Below are positions 43,701-55,964 of a stretch of 64,000 nucleotides of DNA, in pieces (within the stretch, counting starts at the first letter, position 1; every line of letters starts with the position of its first letter). A program made the translations under genes and the position numbers. The notes beneath the pieces were generated by a model that was not told where the DNA came from, did not search any database, and worked only from the letters and a program-made list of their open reading frames with translations. Source of the DNA: Thecamonas trahens ATCC 50062 (taxonomy: Eukaryota > Protista > Apusomonadida); assembly GCF_000142905.1 (NCBI RefSeq), contig NW_013657612.1, positions 6,159-70,158 on the forward strand, read 5' to 3'.

Positions 43701-46700
43701 TTGAGGCAGGCATGAACGGCCTCTACTCGCGCGCGGATCAGGTCGACTTGCTGGCGCTCTGCGTCCAGGCGCTTATCGGTGTTGAGTCGCTGAGCTCGAG
43801 CAGGGCTGCGTTTGGGCGGTCGATGGCGCGTCTATTCCACGATCCACGGGTCGTGGCCCGGCTGTGCCTCAGCGGCACCAAGACACTCGACGTGCTCCCG
43901 GCAATGGATGCTATCCAACACATGCTGGATGACCTGCTCGCGCGCGAAATGGCCACTGGGCTGGACCGGAGTGGTGCGAAGCTACGCGCTGCGCTCCAAT
44001 GTGTGGTTTTTAGCGCCGCGCGCGTGGCGTCAGCAAACCGCGATGCGCTCCTTGCGTTCATCCACGGTCACGTCGGGCAGATGGTGGACCATGTGGCGCA
44101 GTGCGTCGACGGCGCGGTGGACGCGCTGGTCGATGGCGACGAGGCTGCCATCCTCGAGCAGCTCAAGACCAAGACCGAGATGGTGGTCGACGTTCTGCCG
44201 ATGCTGACTCCGCTGCTCGGCAGCGCCGACTTTGTCGGGCCGACGTTTGCCGACGGAGGCGTGCTGAAGAGTTTGGTTGGCCTCCGCGAGCGCGTACTCA
44301 AGCTCGAGGCCGCAGCTGAGAGTGTGGCTGCTGCCAAGGGCGCCGAGGGCAGCTGGATGAGCACGACTGAGGTGACAATGGAGCAGGTGGTCGAGACTGC
44401 ACACCCATACTCCAACGACATGGACGAGTACCAGAGCGTGTGCTTGCCCGGCGCGACGCTGCTGCAGCTCCATTTTGACTCGCGGTGCTCGTCCGAGTCG
44501 TCCTGCGACTATCTGCGGTTGTACGCCGCCGACCGGGAGACGCCACTGCTCAACGAGCGGCGGTTCGAGGGCTCAGAGGGGAGCTGGCCGACGACGCCTG
44601 TGGTTGTGCCTGGCCCGCTGGTGTACTTTAGATTTGTGAGCGACTCGTCACACGTTCAGTGGGGCTACAGGGTCAAGGTAGTGGGCAAGGTCAACGTGCC
44701 TTGCATCAACACGCCGTGGCTTGTCGAGCTCGAAGAGAGCCTGTGTGCGGCGCTTGCCCGTGGCGCCGGGTCACTGTTTGTTGGCGCGCCTGTGGCCAGG
44801 GCCGAGAGCTCGGTCGCGACGTGGCTCAACTCGCACCTCCTCCGGGGTGGGTTGGAAACGTCGATGCCGCGCGGCGTTGCAGAAGCGCGGGCCCAGCTAC
44901 GTGCCGTTGCAGATGGCCAGGTTGCGGTCGACGCGGTTGTGACCGAGGAGGCTGCCCTCGTCCAGATGCTTTCGTCGCTGCCGGGAAGCGCGCGGCGAGA
45001 GGCGGTGGAAGCGTGGGCGCAGCCGGACGGCAACTTGCTTGCTGGGGTCGAGACGCTGGTGGCAGCTGCCAAGGGGAGCGTCTCGCGTGGCCACGCGTAC
45101 ATGGCGCTCAAGGAGAGCGACGAGCTCGCGGAACTTGAGCGGACCGTCTTTGCAGTCCTCGTCAGGCACCACGGACTCGAGGGGCTGGCGCTGCGGTACA
45201 TCCGGTCGCTTCCAACTGGCGGTGAAGCGAGCGCTCGGGCTGGCGAAGAGTCGACGCTCAAGCGGCGCAAGCGGCCGGCGGCGTTGTCGGTCACTGTTTC
45301 AAGCAGCGGAGACGCAGTTCCGCCCGAGCTTGTGGCGGTGTGGAAGCGAGCTCTTGGGGTGCGGCGGTGGGCGACGTTCGAGTCACGCGACTCGCCCGAG
45401 CTCGTGGCTATGGTCACCAGCAAGGCGCGGTTCCTGCTCGGCCTGGTGCCGACGGCTGCACGACAGGCCTTGCCCAAGTTTTCGCTCGGCGACTTGGCTG
45501 AGGCACAGGGCTCGCTCCGCGACCTGTTTGCGACGTGGAAGACGCGCCGTGGGCGCGAGCCCGGCTCGGCGCAAACGCCCAAGATTCCGAAGCATCCACG
45601 GTTGGCGTCGAACGCGTCGGATGAGCTCGAGGTGGAGCTGTCGTCGGTGCCGGAGACCGACGCGCGAACGGCCGCGTCGCTCTCGGCGGACATCTCGCTC
45701 TTCCTCAAGTCGGACAGTGTCGAGCTTGACGCGGTCCTGGATGGGATGGTGGCGCGTTGTGCCCGCGCCGAGGGCCGTGCCGACGCGCTGCAGCTCTTCC
45801 ATCAGCTGCTGGTGACGACCGACGTGCGCGGGAGCGGGCCGATTCTGTTTGCACTTGGGCTTGCGCTGCGGGCGCGGGCGCCGACAGAGGGCCGCACCTT
45901 GCACCACTACCTCGACCACGTCGAGGGCGCCCACGTCGAGTGTGCCATCCGCATCGCCACCACCTTTGAGGCCGTCCTCGTGGAGACGGTGCGGGTGTGG
46001 CGCGAGTCACGCGACGATCAGCCAGCGCTGCGCAAGATGGTGGCCGAGTTGTGGAACCAGCAGTTCCGCAAGGCGGACGTCAAGCTTGTAGCGTCATCGG
46101 GCATGCTTGAGGCGGCGTGGGAGCGGACCAAGTTTGCGCGTGGGGCGGCGGCGACCGACGGCGATGCTTGCCGGCTCGACGAGGTGTACACCGCGCTGTA
46201 CCGTGCGCTCGCTGCGACGGCGCTTGTCCAGCACAACGGCGAGAGTGACAGTGACGAGGCTGAAGTCGTCATCGGCGGCGGCGGCGGCGGCGGCGAGGGC
46301 AGGGCTGCAGGGCTCCCCCTCATGACACCGCACGTGTCGACGTTGCCTCTTGCCACTCGGGATGCGCAGGTGATACAGAGCGCGACTGGCGAGCTCATTT
46401 TTGCGTCGATGAAGCAAGCGATGACAAACAGCAATGCGGAGGTGATGGATGGCATGCTGAAAGTGGCGGCGAGCCTTGGTGCTTCGCCGCTGGTTGCTGA
46501 AACGTTTGCTTCTCCGAGCACAGTGACGCTGCTCCTGGAGTGGGCTAATGCCGAGACAATCAGCCTGACAACACGGCAGGGCCTTGTGCGGCTGGCGGCG
46601 CGGAGCTTGCGGTTCGCGCCGCAGTCGCCTGCAGCAGCCCGCGACTCGGGTGAGGCGTTTGACGCGGCGGTGGCGCGGCGTGGAGTGCTCGATGAGGTGC

Positions 46701-49700
46701 TGGCGCGGGTGAGTGCCCATGTGGTCGGCAAGAAGCCGACGAGTGTGCCGAGTACAGCCGCGGTGACGGTGTCGAACTCGGACACAACGCGGATCGTGCT
46801 TCTTCATGAGCTTGTGGGCTTTGTGCAGGCTGCGCTCGAGGCTGGAGCGTGGCGGCGGTTGGCGCTCGAGATGGTGACAAGCGCGCTGGCGACAGCCCCG
46901 GCCGCTATCGACGCCTCCAGCGAGACGCCGGAGGAGGTTGAGGCGGTGTGGCGGCCTGTGCTGGCAGCAGTGTACATGGCCGGTGGCCTGCGTCCGGCAG
47001 TGATGGTCGGTGCTGTGGTCGAGGTTTCCGGCGACGAGGCGAAGCGCGACGGACTAGTGGTTGGCGTCGACAGCGCGACGTCGCTGGCATGGTCAGACAA
47101 GCGGGCGTCGACGACGGCCGAGGTGGTGCATACGATCTCGCGTGATGGTGGGTTTGAGCCGAGCGCCTCGTCGGTGGCGCTCACTAGCCTCGAGCCAATG
47201 GCAGAGCTGGGGCATTCACTGCTTTCACCTGACGACGCCGCAGGTCCGCTGGCTGCACTCGTGGTTGCGAGTGAGGATGTGGACGACGTGTCGGTAGCCT
47301 GGTTTGTGCGCGAGGCAAAGGCCGCGGCGCTGGTGGCGCTGGGGCGGATGATGGCAGTTTGTGGAAGCGGGAGCGACAGCTCCTGCGTCGAGAGCACGCT
47401 TGTCGAAGCGGTGGTGGCGCTTGCCGGGCGCCACGTCCCACTGTCGAGCCTCCGACACCCGTACGACATCGAAGGGTACCGCCGGCTGCTGGCGCAACAC
47501 AACACAGGGCCTGAAGACGGCATGGGCGTGAGCCTATCGGGGACAAAGAGTGCCACGGCGTTGATGGAGGAGATGCCGTTTGCCGGTGTCTATTTCGATT
47601 GGGAGCTCGACGTCTTGTCGGACGACGAGAGCGAGGACGAGACCGGCAACGGTGACAGCGGCGGTGGCGATGGCACGGTCGATGCCGATGACGTCGAGCT
47701 CGACCTCACCGAGTACTGGCTTGAATGTCATGCGCGGAGAGCGAGCTGGCGCGGTAAGGTTCCTGTCTACCGACTGGATGTGGGCAACGAGGTGGCATTT
47801 GCGGCGATCTCAGACCGGAGCCAGTTGGTGGCGAGCGAGCCGCTGGATCCGGTCTCAGTTGACGGTGACGGCCAGGTCACAGTGGAAGAATTTGCTAATG
47901 CCGAGGCTCTCTCCGGCAACCTTGTGTTTGTTGCCGCTGGCGGCGATGGCTGGCCGAGTGGGGCGCTGGTACAAGTGCTGGCGCAGGCTGCCGCCACCGG
48001 GTGTATCGGCGCGGTGGTGCAACTCCCAGGCGCGCCGGCCACAGTCAAGAATGGCGCACTGACAGTCGACCAGGTGATGGCGAGCGAACGCGCAGTCAGT
48101 GGCACCGAGGCTGCGACCGCGCTGGATGCGCTGGCAAAGTCGGCTATGGCATGTGCTGCCGTCTTTGGTGAGCATGGCGACTTTGTCTCGCGTGGGCTTG
48201 GGGTGCTTATCGGCAAGCCGGATGATGCAGGTGCGAAAAGCTCTGGCGAATCTGACGGCGCGGGTTGCGAACACCATCAACTGTTGCGGCAGTTTGTGGC
48301 TGACGACGTGTCGAGCTCGGATGGGGCAGCCGCGGCTGTAGTGCTTCCAGGCGAGGTGGCGGCTGCGGCGCTCGCGAGCCAAGAGCTGGCGGACGAAGCC
48401 AGCGACGGCGAGTTTGTGAGTGTGGACCTCGATGCGCTGACAGCGAGCATGGCTGTGAAGGACAAGTCTGCGAGTGGTTGGCCCAAGCCGAGCGATGTGG
48501 ACGTGTGCGCAATGGAGACGCAGCTCCAGGAGGCGTTGTGCATTCTCTCTGCGCGACGGGTGCTGACCGAGATGCTCAAGAGTGGCACGCTCAGTGCTGA
48601 GATGTATGCGCTGCTGCCACCTTTGGTTCAGGCGGTGAGCGTGACTCTGCGAGCAGGGGTCAAGACGGAGCTGTCGACGCTTGCGGAGCCGGTGGTGATG
48701 GCGATGGTCAATGAGTGTGACCAGAAGCAGGCAGTCTTGGCTGCACTGGAGCAGGCGGCGCTGGGGTCTCTGGCGATGGTGGCGCGGCCGTGGCTGGCGA
48801 ACGGCCCGGGCGGGCGGCACGCAGCGTTGTGCTCACAGGAACAACGACGGAAGTGGTGACGCTTCCGGTGGCGGACAGCAGCGCGGGCGGGTGTCGAGTG
48901 GTTCGGTTTGGGCCACAGACGGTCATTCCGCCAGGGCTCGCCATCTCGATCGTAGTTGACGGAGTGTCAAGCGGCACGGTGGACCCACAGGCGATGGTGC
49001 CTGTGCTCGTTGCCGGCCACACGTTCACTGTTTCGAGCGTGATCATGCCGGGCAGCGAGGAGAAAAAGAAGGGGAAGCAGTTGTTTGCCAGGCTCGATCT
49101 CCAGATTGCTGCGACGGAGAGCAGCTCGGTGGAGAAGGTAGCGCAGGCTGGCGGGAGTGTGGAGCTTGCGGCATGGCTGCTGCGAGTGCTCGCGACGACC
49201 GAGGGCTACTCTGTGACGCCAGAAGTTGTGCGCGAGGCTGGGCGTGCGCTGCAAGCAAGCCGTGGAGGCCGGCGGCTGCGTGTGACGGAGCTTGTGCGTG
49301 ATTTGGTGCGACAGCGTGGTGAGCTCGATGGTGTGGCGCGTGCTGGGCTACAGTGGCTTGTCGACGGGCTGCGGGCCAAGGTGCGGAGCGACAAGCCGAA
49401 GAGGAGCGGCCTTGTGGCACAGGAGCTGCAAGCTCTGTTTGACGTTTATCTCGCTGTGGTGAGTGCTAGCAACGGGGCTGATGCGCCAGGAGCCGAGGCA
49501 GAGCGCAGCGCGGGCACGAGCGCGAGCGCGAGCGTGAGTGGGTCGGGCCAGAACAAGGGCAAGGAAGAGGTGGAGGACGATGTGGGAGGCAGACTCTCGC
49601 TACTTGCGCTTGAGGAGGATGGCGGCAAGATGACGCCGGACGTGGAGCCGCCGAGTCTCGCAGCGCAGTACACGTCGCATGCGATCCGCGAAGGGCCGCT

Positions 49701-52691
49701 TGACGACGAGCCACGGGTGTACCAGACGTGGATGGAGAGCCGCGGCGATGGGACGTTCCACTGTACAAGGTCGTTTGGGACAGTGCGCGGCGATGTTGTG
49801 GTGCACTCGGGAGCGTGGCAGTACGAGGTGACTGCCGAGTCTGTGAGCGAGCTCATGATTGGGTGGGCAACGCCGGAGTTTTTCAGCGAGACGAGTCACG
49901 ACGGATGCGGCGACAACGTACATGGGTGGTCGTGGGACCCGAGCTATCGTCAGCGGTGGCACAATGGGAACTACTCGACGTGGCCAGAGACGTCACCGAC
50001 GTTGTCGCAGGGAAGCGTGATCGGAGTGATGGTGGACATGGAGGCGGGGACGACGCGGTACAGCGTGAATGGAAACGAGGTCGGCGAGCCGTACAACGAT
50101 GTGTCGGCAACAAGCCTGATTGCTGCAGTGTCGCTCTCATCGGGCGGGTCTGTGCGAGTCAACTTTGGCACGCAGCCGTTTGTGTATCCGGAGCCTGGCT
50201 ACCTCCCGCTAGCGGTGGGTGCCGAGTCGAGCGTGATGGCGACCGCTGCGGTGAGCAAGGGCGACGGTCAGGCAAACCCCAAGGCAGAGGCGAAGGCGGA
50301 GATGTACGTGGCGGGTCTGGAGCAGACAGATGCGGCGCTGCGGAGCGTGCTCGCGTCTCGCGATCTGCCTGAGCGGGTGTACACTTCTGCTCTACAGCAG
50401 TACCGCAAGCGTGTGGCCAGAGTCGGGCCGCGCAGTCTGGCAGTTGTGGGACGATGCGGGGAGACGCGCAGTCGAGCAAGGCGACGCGAAGCGTGTTTTC
50501 CGGTGCAGCGAAGCGAGGCAAGGCGACGACTGTGGTTGGCGACCGTGTTGTTGTGGCGGGTACGCTCGCGCACGACGCTGCATCGTTCGAGACGGCACCG
50601 TGGATGTCTGTGATGGGCGTGAGCGGGACGGTCTACTCCATCGGATCTGTCGAGGCACCGAGCCAGGCGTTTGTGTACGTGGTCGACGAGGCTGTGACGC
50701 AGAGCGAGGAGCTTGCGGCTCTTGCGGCTCAGCTTATTGTGCCGGCCGACTCGGACGCGTTTGGCAAGCTTGCGGCGGGAGACGCGGCGGTACGTGCGGA
50801 CGAACGCAATGTGTGCGAGCCTGTGGCGATGCTCAAGCCGAGCGACGGCATGTCGCGGATGGAGAGCGTAATGCGAACGTTTGGTGGCGAGTGCATGGGC
50901 GAGGCGACGGCGTTTGCCGTCCGGGCGCACACGTCGCGGCTTTTGTCTATGGACGAGGTGAATGAGTCGGACGAGGCGCGTGCGAGCATGATTGTGGGCC
51001 GCAGCGTGATTGTCATTGTGCAAGGAAGCGATACGGGCCCGAGCCTGGAAGCATGCCATGTAGCGGTAAGCGGGTTTGGGCTGATGGAGGCGTCGGCCGG
51101 GCTGCATCCTGCGAGCGGTGTGACATGGAACAACTCGCAGTGGAGCAGCGAGCAGGACCGCGAGCTGCTTGAGTATGCGGAAGCGCAGGCGCGAGTCCTA
51201 GGCAGGCCGCTGAACGCGGAGCTATGGGTAGGCGCGCTGGGTAACGCGCCGCCGATGCGGTACCCTTCGCTTCGTGGGGTGAGCATGGATGCGCTGCGTG
51301 CGCGGTTTGTGGTTCTTGCGGCGATCAACGAGCTTGCGGCAGACTTTCTGCCGCTTGTGGATCTGAGCCGGAGCGACGACGCGGGCTCTGTGGCAGCGAT
51401 GGTGTGCGCCGGGCGCGGGGTACTGATGCGGATGATCAAGTCGCCGCAGATGTCTGCCGTGCTAGAGGCGACGACAGGCGAGTCCAAAGGGTCACGCGAG
51501 ATCAAGATCAACCGGCTGAAGGCGACGCAGGCGCGCGAGGCTGTGGAAAGCGGAGCACTGAGCGCGTCGGAGCGTGCGGCGAGGTGCATGGTGGGCCAGG
51601 CAGCGGAGCTGGTGGTGACGTGGCCGGCGGCTGCGCTGCGGTCTCGAAGCGACCAGCTGTGGAAGATCAAGTTCCTCAACGAGGGCTCTGTGGACGCTGG
51701 TGGGCCGTACCGAGAGATGTTCTCCAACTGGTCGGCAGAGCTGATGACGGCCGGGCTTGTGGATGTGCTCATTCCGTCGCCCAACATGGTGCACGGACTC
51801 GGCGAGACCCGTGATGCATGGGTTGTGCGGCCGGGCGCGACCGGGGTCCGTGACCAGGTTGTGATGCGGTTTGTGGGTCGGCTGATGGGAGTGGCAGTGC
51901 GGACGTCGGAGACGCTGGACCTCGCGCTGTGCTCGCTGGTGTGGAAGGCAGTTGTTGGCGAGGCACGCGACATTAGCGACCTGGCGATGGTGGACACCAT
52001 GGCTGCGCAGGCACTGGCGTATGTGGAGCGGATCGATGAAGAGGGCGTGGACGCGAGCTGCTTCACGGACATCATCGACGAGATGTTTGAGGCGACGCTG
52101 TCTGACGGGACGCGTGTGGAGGTTCTGCCGGGCGGCAGTAGCGAGCCGGTGACGTTTGAGCGACGGCACGAGTGGGTGCGGCTGGTGCGGGAGGCGCGGC
52201 TGGCCGAGGCAGACGCGGCAATGACAGGGCTCCTCTTTGGGCTCCACGAGATTGTGCCTGCGCCTGCGCTTGCTCTGCTCACGTGGCGCGAGGCCGAACA
52301 GATGGTGTGTGGGTCGCCGGTTGTGGACCTGGAGGTGCTCCGCGCGGCAACGCAGTACGAGAAGAACATCCGCGAAGACGCGCTGGTGGTGACGTACCTG
52401 TGGCGGGCGCTCGGTGAGTTTGAACAGGACGACCTCAAGCTGTACCTCAAGTTTGTGTGTGGGCGGACGCGGCTAGGGGCGACCGGGACGGCTGGCCTCA
52501 GCTTTAAGATCGACGCGCACACCAGCGCGAGCGACCCCAACACGGCCATGGTCCAGTCGCACTCCTGCTTCTCGACCATCGACCTCCCGCTCATGACCGA
52601 CGATAGTGAGGCCGGGTACCTCGGCTTCAAGCAGCGTCTGCTGTTTGCCATCCGTAACTGCGCATCAGTGGACACTGACTTTGTGGTGTAG
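40787..52691 (+). CDS. Giant HECT E3 ubiquitin ligase (CUB-like, SPRY, HERC/HECTD4-type HECT; ~3970 aa; -1 breaks at ~48813 and ~50425)
   Basis: Three overlapping ORFs (40787-48859, 48790-50613, 50454-52691). Motifs: MGTTMS N-terminus; ETAHPY..FDSRCSSESSCDYLRLY..FVSD..WGY (CUB-like); SGAWQYEVT..MIGWAT..GSVIGVMVD..VNFG..PF (SPRY); FLNEGSVDAGGPYRE..FVCGRTRL..SHSCF..AIRNCASVDTD (HECT with catalytic Cys). Confidence 0.88.
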
Positions 52692-53112
52692 ACAAGAGCA
52701 TCGCTATAAAATAAAGCACGCCCAGCCCGTGCATGGCCCCCATCCGTGCCGCAGCAAACGCAGTGCCCCGCACAGGGCTGCTGAGTTGCCGCCGATGATC
52801 GGCGTCCTGCTTGTCGTGCTGAACAAGGGTCAGTGCTTGAGGCGGACTATATGAGCGTGGTGGATCCATCGCGACGGATTGAAAGTTGTGTATTTTCAGA
52901 GATCGCTCTTTTTCTTGAGAGTGAAACTGCCGACTACGCATGCATGCCGTACAGACGCCATATTTGCATGGCACTTGTTTCAATGAGTTGCTTACACCAG
53001 CAGCTACCTATCAACACACTCATCATGATGCTGCTTGTTCTCTACCAGAAATCGTTCTCCCCTATCGCCACTGTGGCAGCCATGGCAAATCGGCCACGGG
53101 CCGCACCATATC

Positions 53113-53605
53113 GCCGTGTCACCACATCGGCTCGTCCCCGTGTCACTACATCTCGCCGTGTCACCACATCGGCTCGTCCCCGTGTCACCACATCTCGCCG
53201 TGTCACCACATCGGCTCGTCCCCGTGTCACCACATCTCGCCGTGTCACCACATCGGCTCGTCCCCGTGTCACCACATCTCGCCGTGTCACCACATCGTCT
53301 CGTCCCCGTGTCACTACATCTCGCCGTGTCACCACATCGGCTCGTCCCCGTGTCACCACATCTCGCCGTGTCACCACATCGGCTCGTCCCCGTGTCACCA
53401 CATCTCGCCGTGTCACCACATCGTCTCGTCCCCGTGTCACTACATCTCGCCGTGTCACCACATCGGCTCGTCCCCGTGTCACCACATCTCGCCGTGTCAC
53501 CACATCGGCTCGTCCCCGTGTCACCACATCTCGCCGTGTCACCACATCGTCTCGTCCCCGTGTCACCACATCTCGCCGTGTCACCACATCGTCTCGTCGC
53601 CGTGT
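53113..53605. repeat. 42-nt minisatellite (~11.5 copies; core CGTGTCACCACATC alternating with 10- and 4-nt linkers)
   Basis: cgtgtcaccacatcggctcgtccc + cgtgtcaccacatctcgc repeated; variant bases recur every 126 nt. Confidence 0.97.
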
Positions 53606-53648
53606 CGCGATTTGCGACTTGCGACTTGCGACACACACAGCACTCGGC

Positions 53649-55028
53649 ATGACGGAGGCTAAGCCCGAGGCAGGCATTGGCGGGCGGGTGGTGGGACTGA
53701 GCGAGAGCACGGCGAGTATATGGACCGAGGCGGGGAGTGTGAGCTCGACGGGCGTGGGCGTGGGCGTGGGCGAGGACGGGCTCGTGGCGGGCAAGCAGGC
53801 AACGACGGAAAGACGGCGACGGCGACGGCGGCGCGGAGGCGGCGGTGGTGGCGGTGGCGGTGGCGGTGGTGGACGGCGGACAAGCAAGCGATGGCAAAGA
53901 CGGCGGCGGGCGAATTCGATCATTTCCGAGTGTTCGGACGGAGGAGTGGCGAGCCAGCAGACTCGGGCGGTGGATGCCGAGTTGGGGCATTTGCGGGCGT
54001 CGCGGGCACTGCAGAGGCGACGGATCTTGTGGCCGGTGGGCCCGACGGGCCGGCATGCGCGTGGGCGGTTTGCTGAGGTCAAGCTGCTGGCGACGGTTGA
54101 TCGGAGCGGTCGTCGACGGATACACGGCCGGGAGGAGTTTGATCGGCTGGAGGCTGTCGAGGCCGAGGTGGCGGCCATGGCAGAAGCGGAGGCGGCTGCG
54201 AAGTTGCAGGCGCAGGCCGAGACCGGCTCCGGGCTGGGACGGTGGTCGTTGTCGTCGTCGTTGTCAGGCTCAAGCTCAGGGCCGGAGCCGGGGTCAGAGT
54301 CGGAGCTGGGCTCAGGATCGGGCGAGGCGCGTCCGGCAATGCGGCGGAAGCGGATGCTGTTTACTTCGGTGAGAGCGCTGGTGGTGTGCCAGCAGTACGA
54401 GGACATAGCGTGGCTGGCTGGCGCGATTGAGGCCGGAGGCGAGAGTGAGCGACCTGTGCGGATCCAGACGATGGAGGCGCTGGCGCGGGCAAAGAACGTG
54501 CATGGGCGACTGCCGGCGTATCTGCGGTGGACGCGGCCGGCGCTGCGGTACGCAAACCGGCCGCGGCTGGCGCTCGACGATTACTGGGACGCGGTCGACG
54601 GCGATGACCTGACTGCAGCGCGGCGGTGGCCGGAGCTACTGCCGCATAAGCTGATGGCGGCATATTCGCGGCGGCGCGGCGGCGGGTCGCGGACCGAGTC
54701 TGCCTCTGACTCGGGTTCACCGGCGGGGATTCAGATCGGCGTCCCGGCACTGCGGACTGCGGCGTCGATGCGGTCGCTGCTGTCGTCGGCGTCGTCGTCA
54801 GACTCACTTTCGGACAGCCACACATCGTCGGCAGCGTCGCCGCCGCCACACATGCTCCGGTCGCGGTCGACATCGCCGCTACTCATGCCGTCGGACTCGT
54901 TCATCCACCCGATGGCTGTGTCGTGGTCGCGGACGGGTCCGTCGCTCTCGATCTCGCTCTCGGACATTGGCTGTTCAAGCGAGTCGTCGAGCGAGGGCGG
55001 CGCTGCGGCACGGGAGGCGTTACTTTAG
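53649..55028 (+). CDS. Hypothetical Ser/Arg-rich protein (start uncertain; the frame stays open upstream through the minisatellite)
   Basis: Open frame with a globular-looking core (LFTSVRALVVCQQYEDIAWL..LPAYLRW..DDYWDAV); ATG at 53649. Confidence 0.5.
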   Translation: MTEAKPEAGIGGRVVGLSESTASIWTEAGSVSSTGVGVGVGEDGLVAGKQATTERRRRRRRRGGGGGGGGGGGGGRRTSKRWQRRRRANSIISECSDGGVASQQTRAVDAELGHLRASRALQRRRILWPVGPTGRHARGRFAEVKLLATVDRSGRRRIHGREEFDRLEAVEAEVAAMAEAEAAAKLQAQAETGSGLGRWSLSSSLSGSSSGPEPGSESELGSGSGEARPAMRRKRMLFTSVRALVVCQQYEDIAWLAGAIEAGGESERPVRIQTMEALARAKNVHGRLPAYLRWTRPALRYANRPRLALDDYWDAVDGDDLTAARRWPELLPHKLMAAYSRRRGGGSRTESASDSGSPAGIQIGVPALRTAASMRSLLSSASSSDSLSDSHTSSAASPPPHMLRSRSTSPLLMPSDSFIHPMAVSWSRTGPSLSISLSDIGCSSESSSEGGAAAREALL

Positions 55029-55964
55029 ATCAAAGAGGTAGTAGATGACCTGAACTGTGAGGACGATGAGCGGGTTCCACACGACGAGGGCGCGGATGGC
55101 GGAGAGGAGATTGCCCCAGAAGATGGACTGCGACTCCCACGGGTTGCGGAACATGGCCTTGAGGTTGACCTTCTCGGTGCAGAACGGGCAGGTGTCCTTC
55201 TTGCCGATGATGGTCCAGCCGCGGATACAGAACTCGTGAAAGGCGTGCTTGCAGTCGAGCTCGCACACCTTTTCGGTCTCATCAAAGCGGTCGAGGCCGT
55301 CGCCACAGATGGCGCAGACGTCGGGATTGAAGCGGCGTGATGCGAGGCCGTCGTCCTTACCGGTCTTGATGCCCATGGAGACAGCCATGGACGAGGTGGC
55401 GAGCTCTGCCGCATCGCGAGAGAGAACGCCATAGTAAAGGCCATAGAAGAGCATGAGGGAGCCGTAGTAGGCGAGCGAGTGCGAGTCTGAGAGGAGGTGT
55501 GTGACGCCAAAGAACTCTGCCATGACGAGGATGTAGCCGATGACGCCGATGGCGTAGAAGAGGCGATAAAAGGCAGAGAACCATGTGTAGACGAGGCGAG
55601 GAGTGCGTTGATGGAGAGGCTTGCGCGATGCCTTGAAGCCGAGCCATGCGGTGACGACGGTAAAGGTGATCCAGACGACGAGCATGCGACCGTAGCCGTG
55701 ATAGAGCGAGAGGATGGCCGGGAAGAGCCAGAGACCCAGGAGAGAGACCATATGGTAGGAGCGGGCATGGCGCGACTTCCAGAGATGCAGACCGATCTGT
55801 GCCCCGATCATGGCGGCGACAAGGATGAAGAACATGGCAGAGTGCATGGACTCGTGGCCCGCATGGGTCACGGCCTCACGGGCCTCCTCCTCGCTCATGC
55901 CCTGCGCCACAGCCGCTGCTATGGCTGCCGTCATGTTGGTGCCCGGCGGCGGTGGGGTGGCCAT
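55020..55964 (-). CDS. RNF121: RNF121/RNF175-family multipass-membrane RING-H2 E3 ligase
   Basis: GHESMH..WKSRHARSY..LGLWLFP..TPRLVYTWF..LFYGLYYGVLSRD..CAICG..CKHAFHEFCIRGWTIIGKKDTCPFCTEKV..NPWE..LVVWNP; ATG at 55964. Confidence 0.95.
   Translation of the reverse strand: MATPPPPGTNMTAAIAAAVAQGMSEEEAREAVTHAGHESMHSAMFFILVAAMIGAQIGLHLWKSRHARSYHMVSLLGLWLFPAILSLYHGYGRMLVVWITFTVVTAWLGFKASRKPLHQRTPRLVYTWFSAFYRLFYAIGVIGYILVMAEFFGVTHLLSDSHSLAYYGSLMLFYGLYYGVLSRDAAELATSSMAVSMGIKTGKDDGLASRRFNPDVCAICGDGLDRFDETEKVCELDCKHAFHEFCIRGWTIIGKKDTCPFCTEKVNLKAMFRNPWESQSIFWGNLLSAIRALVVWNPLIVLTVQVIYYLFDLK

Noticed and set aside
16221-52691. Pseudogene status for the frameshifted dynein, BRCT and HECT genes
   Set aside because: Only one or two single-base lesions per gene, with no other stops and intact catalytic motifs on both sides
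53113-53605. CRISPR-like array
   Set aside because: The linkers are two fixed short sequences rather than unique spacers; there are no cas genes and the context is eukaryotic
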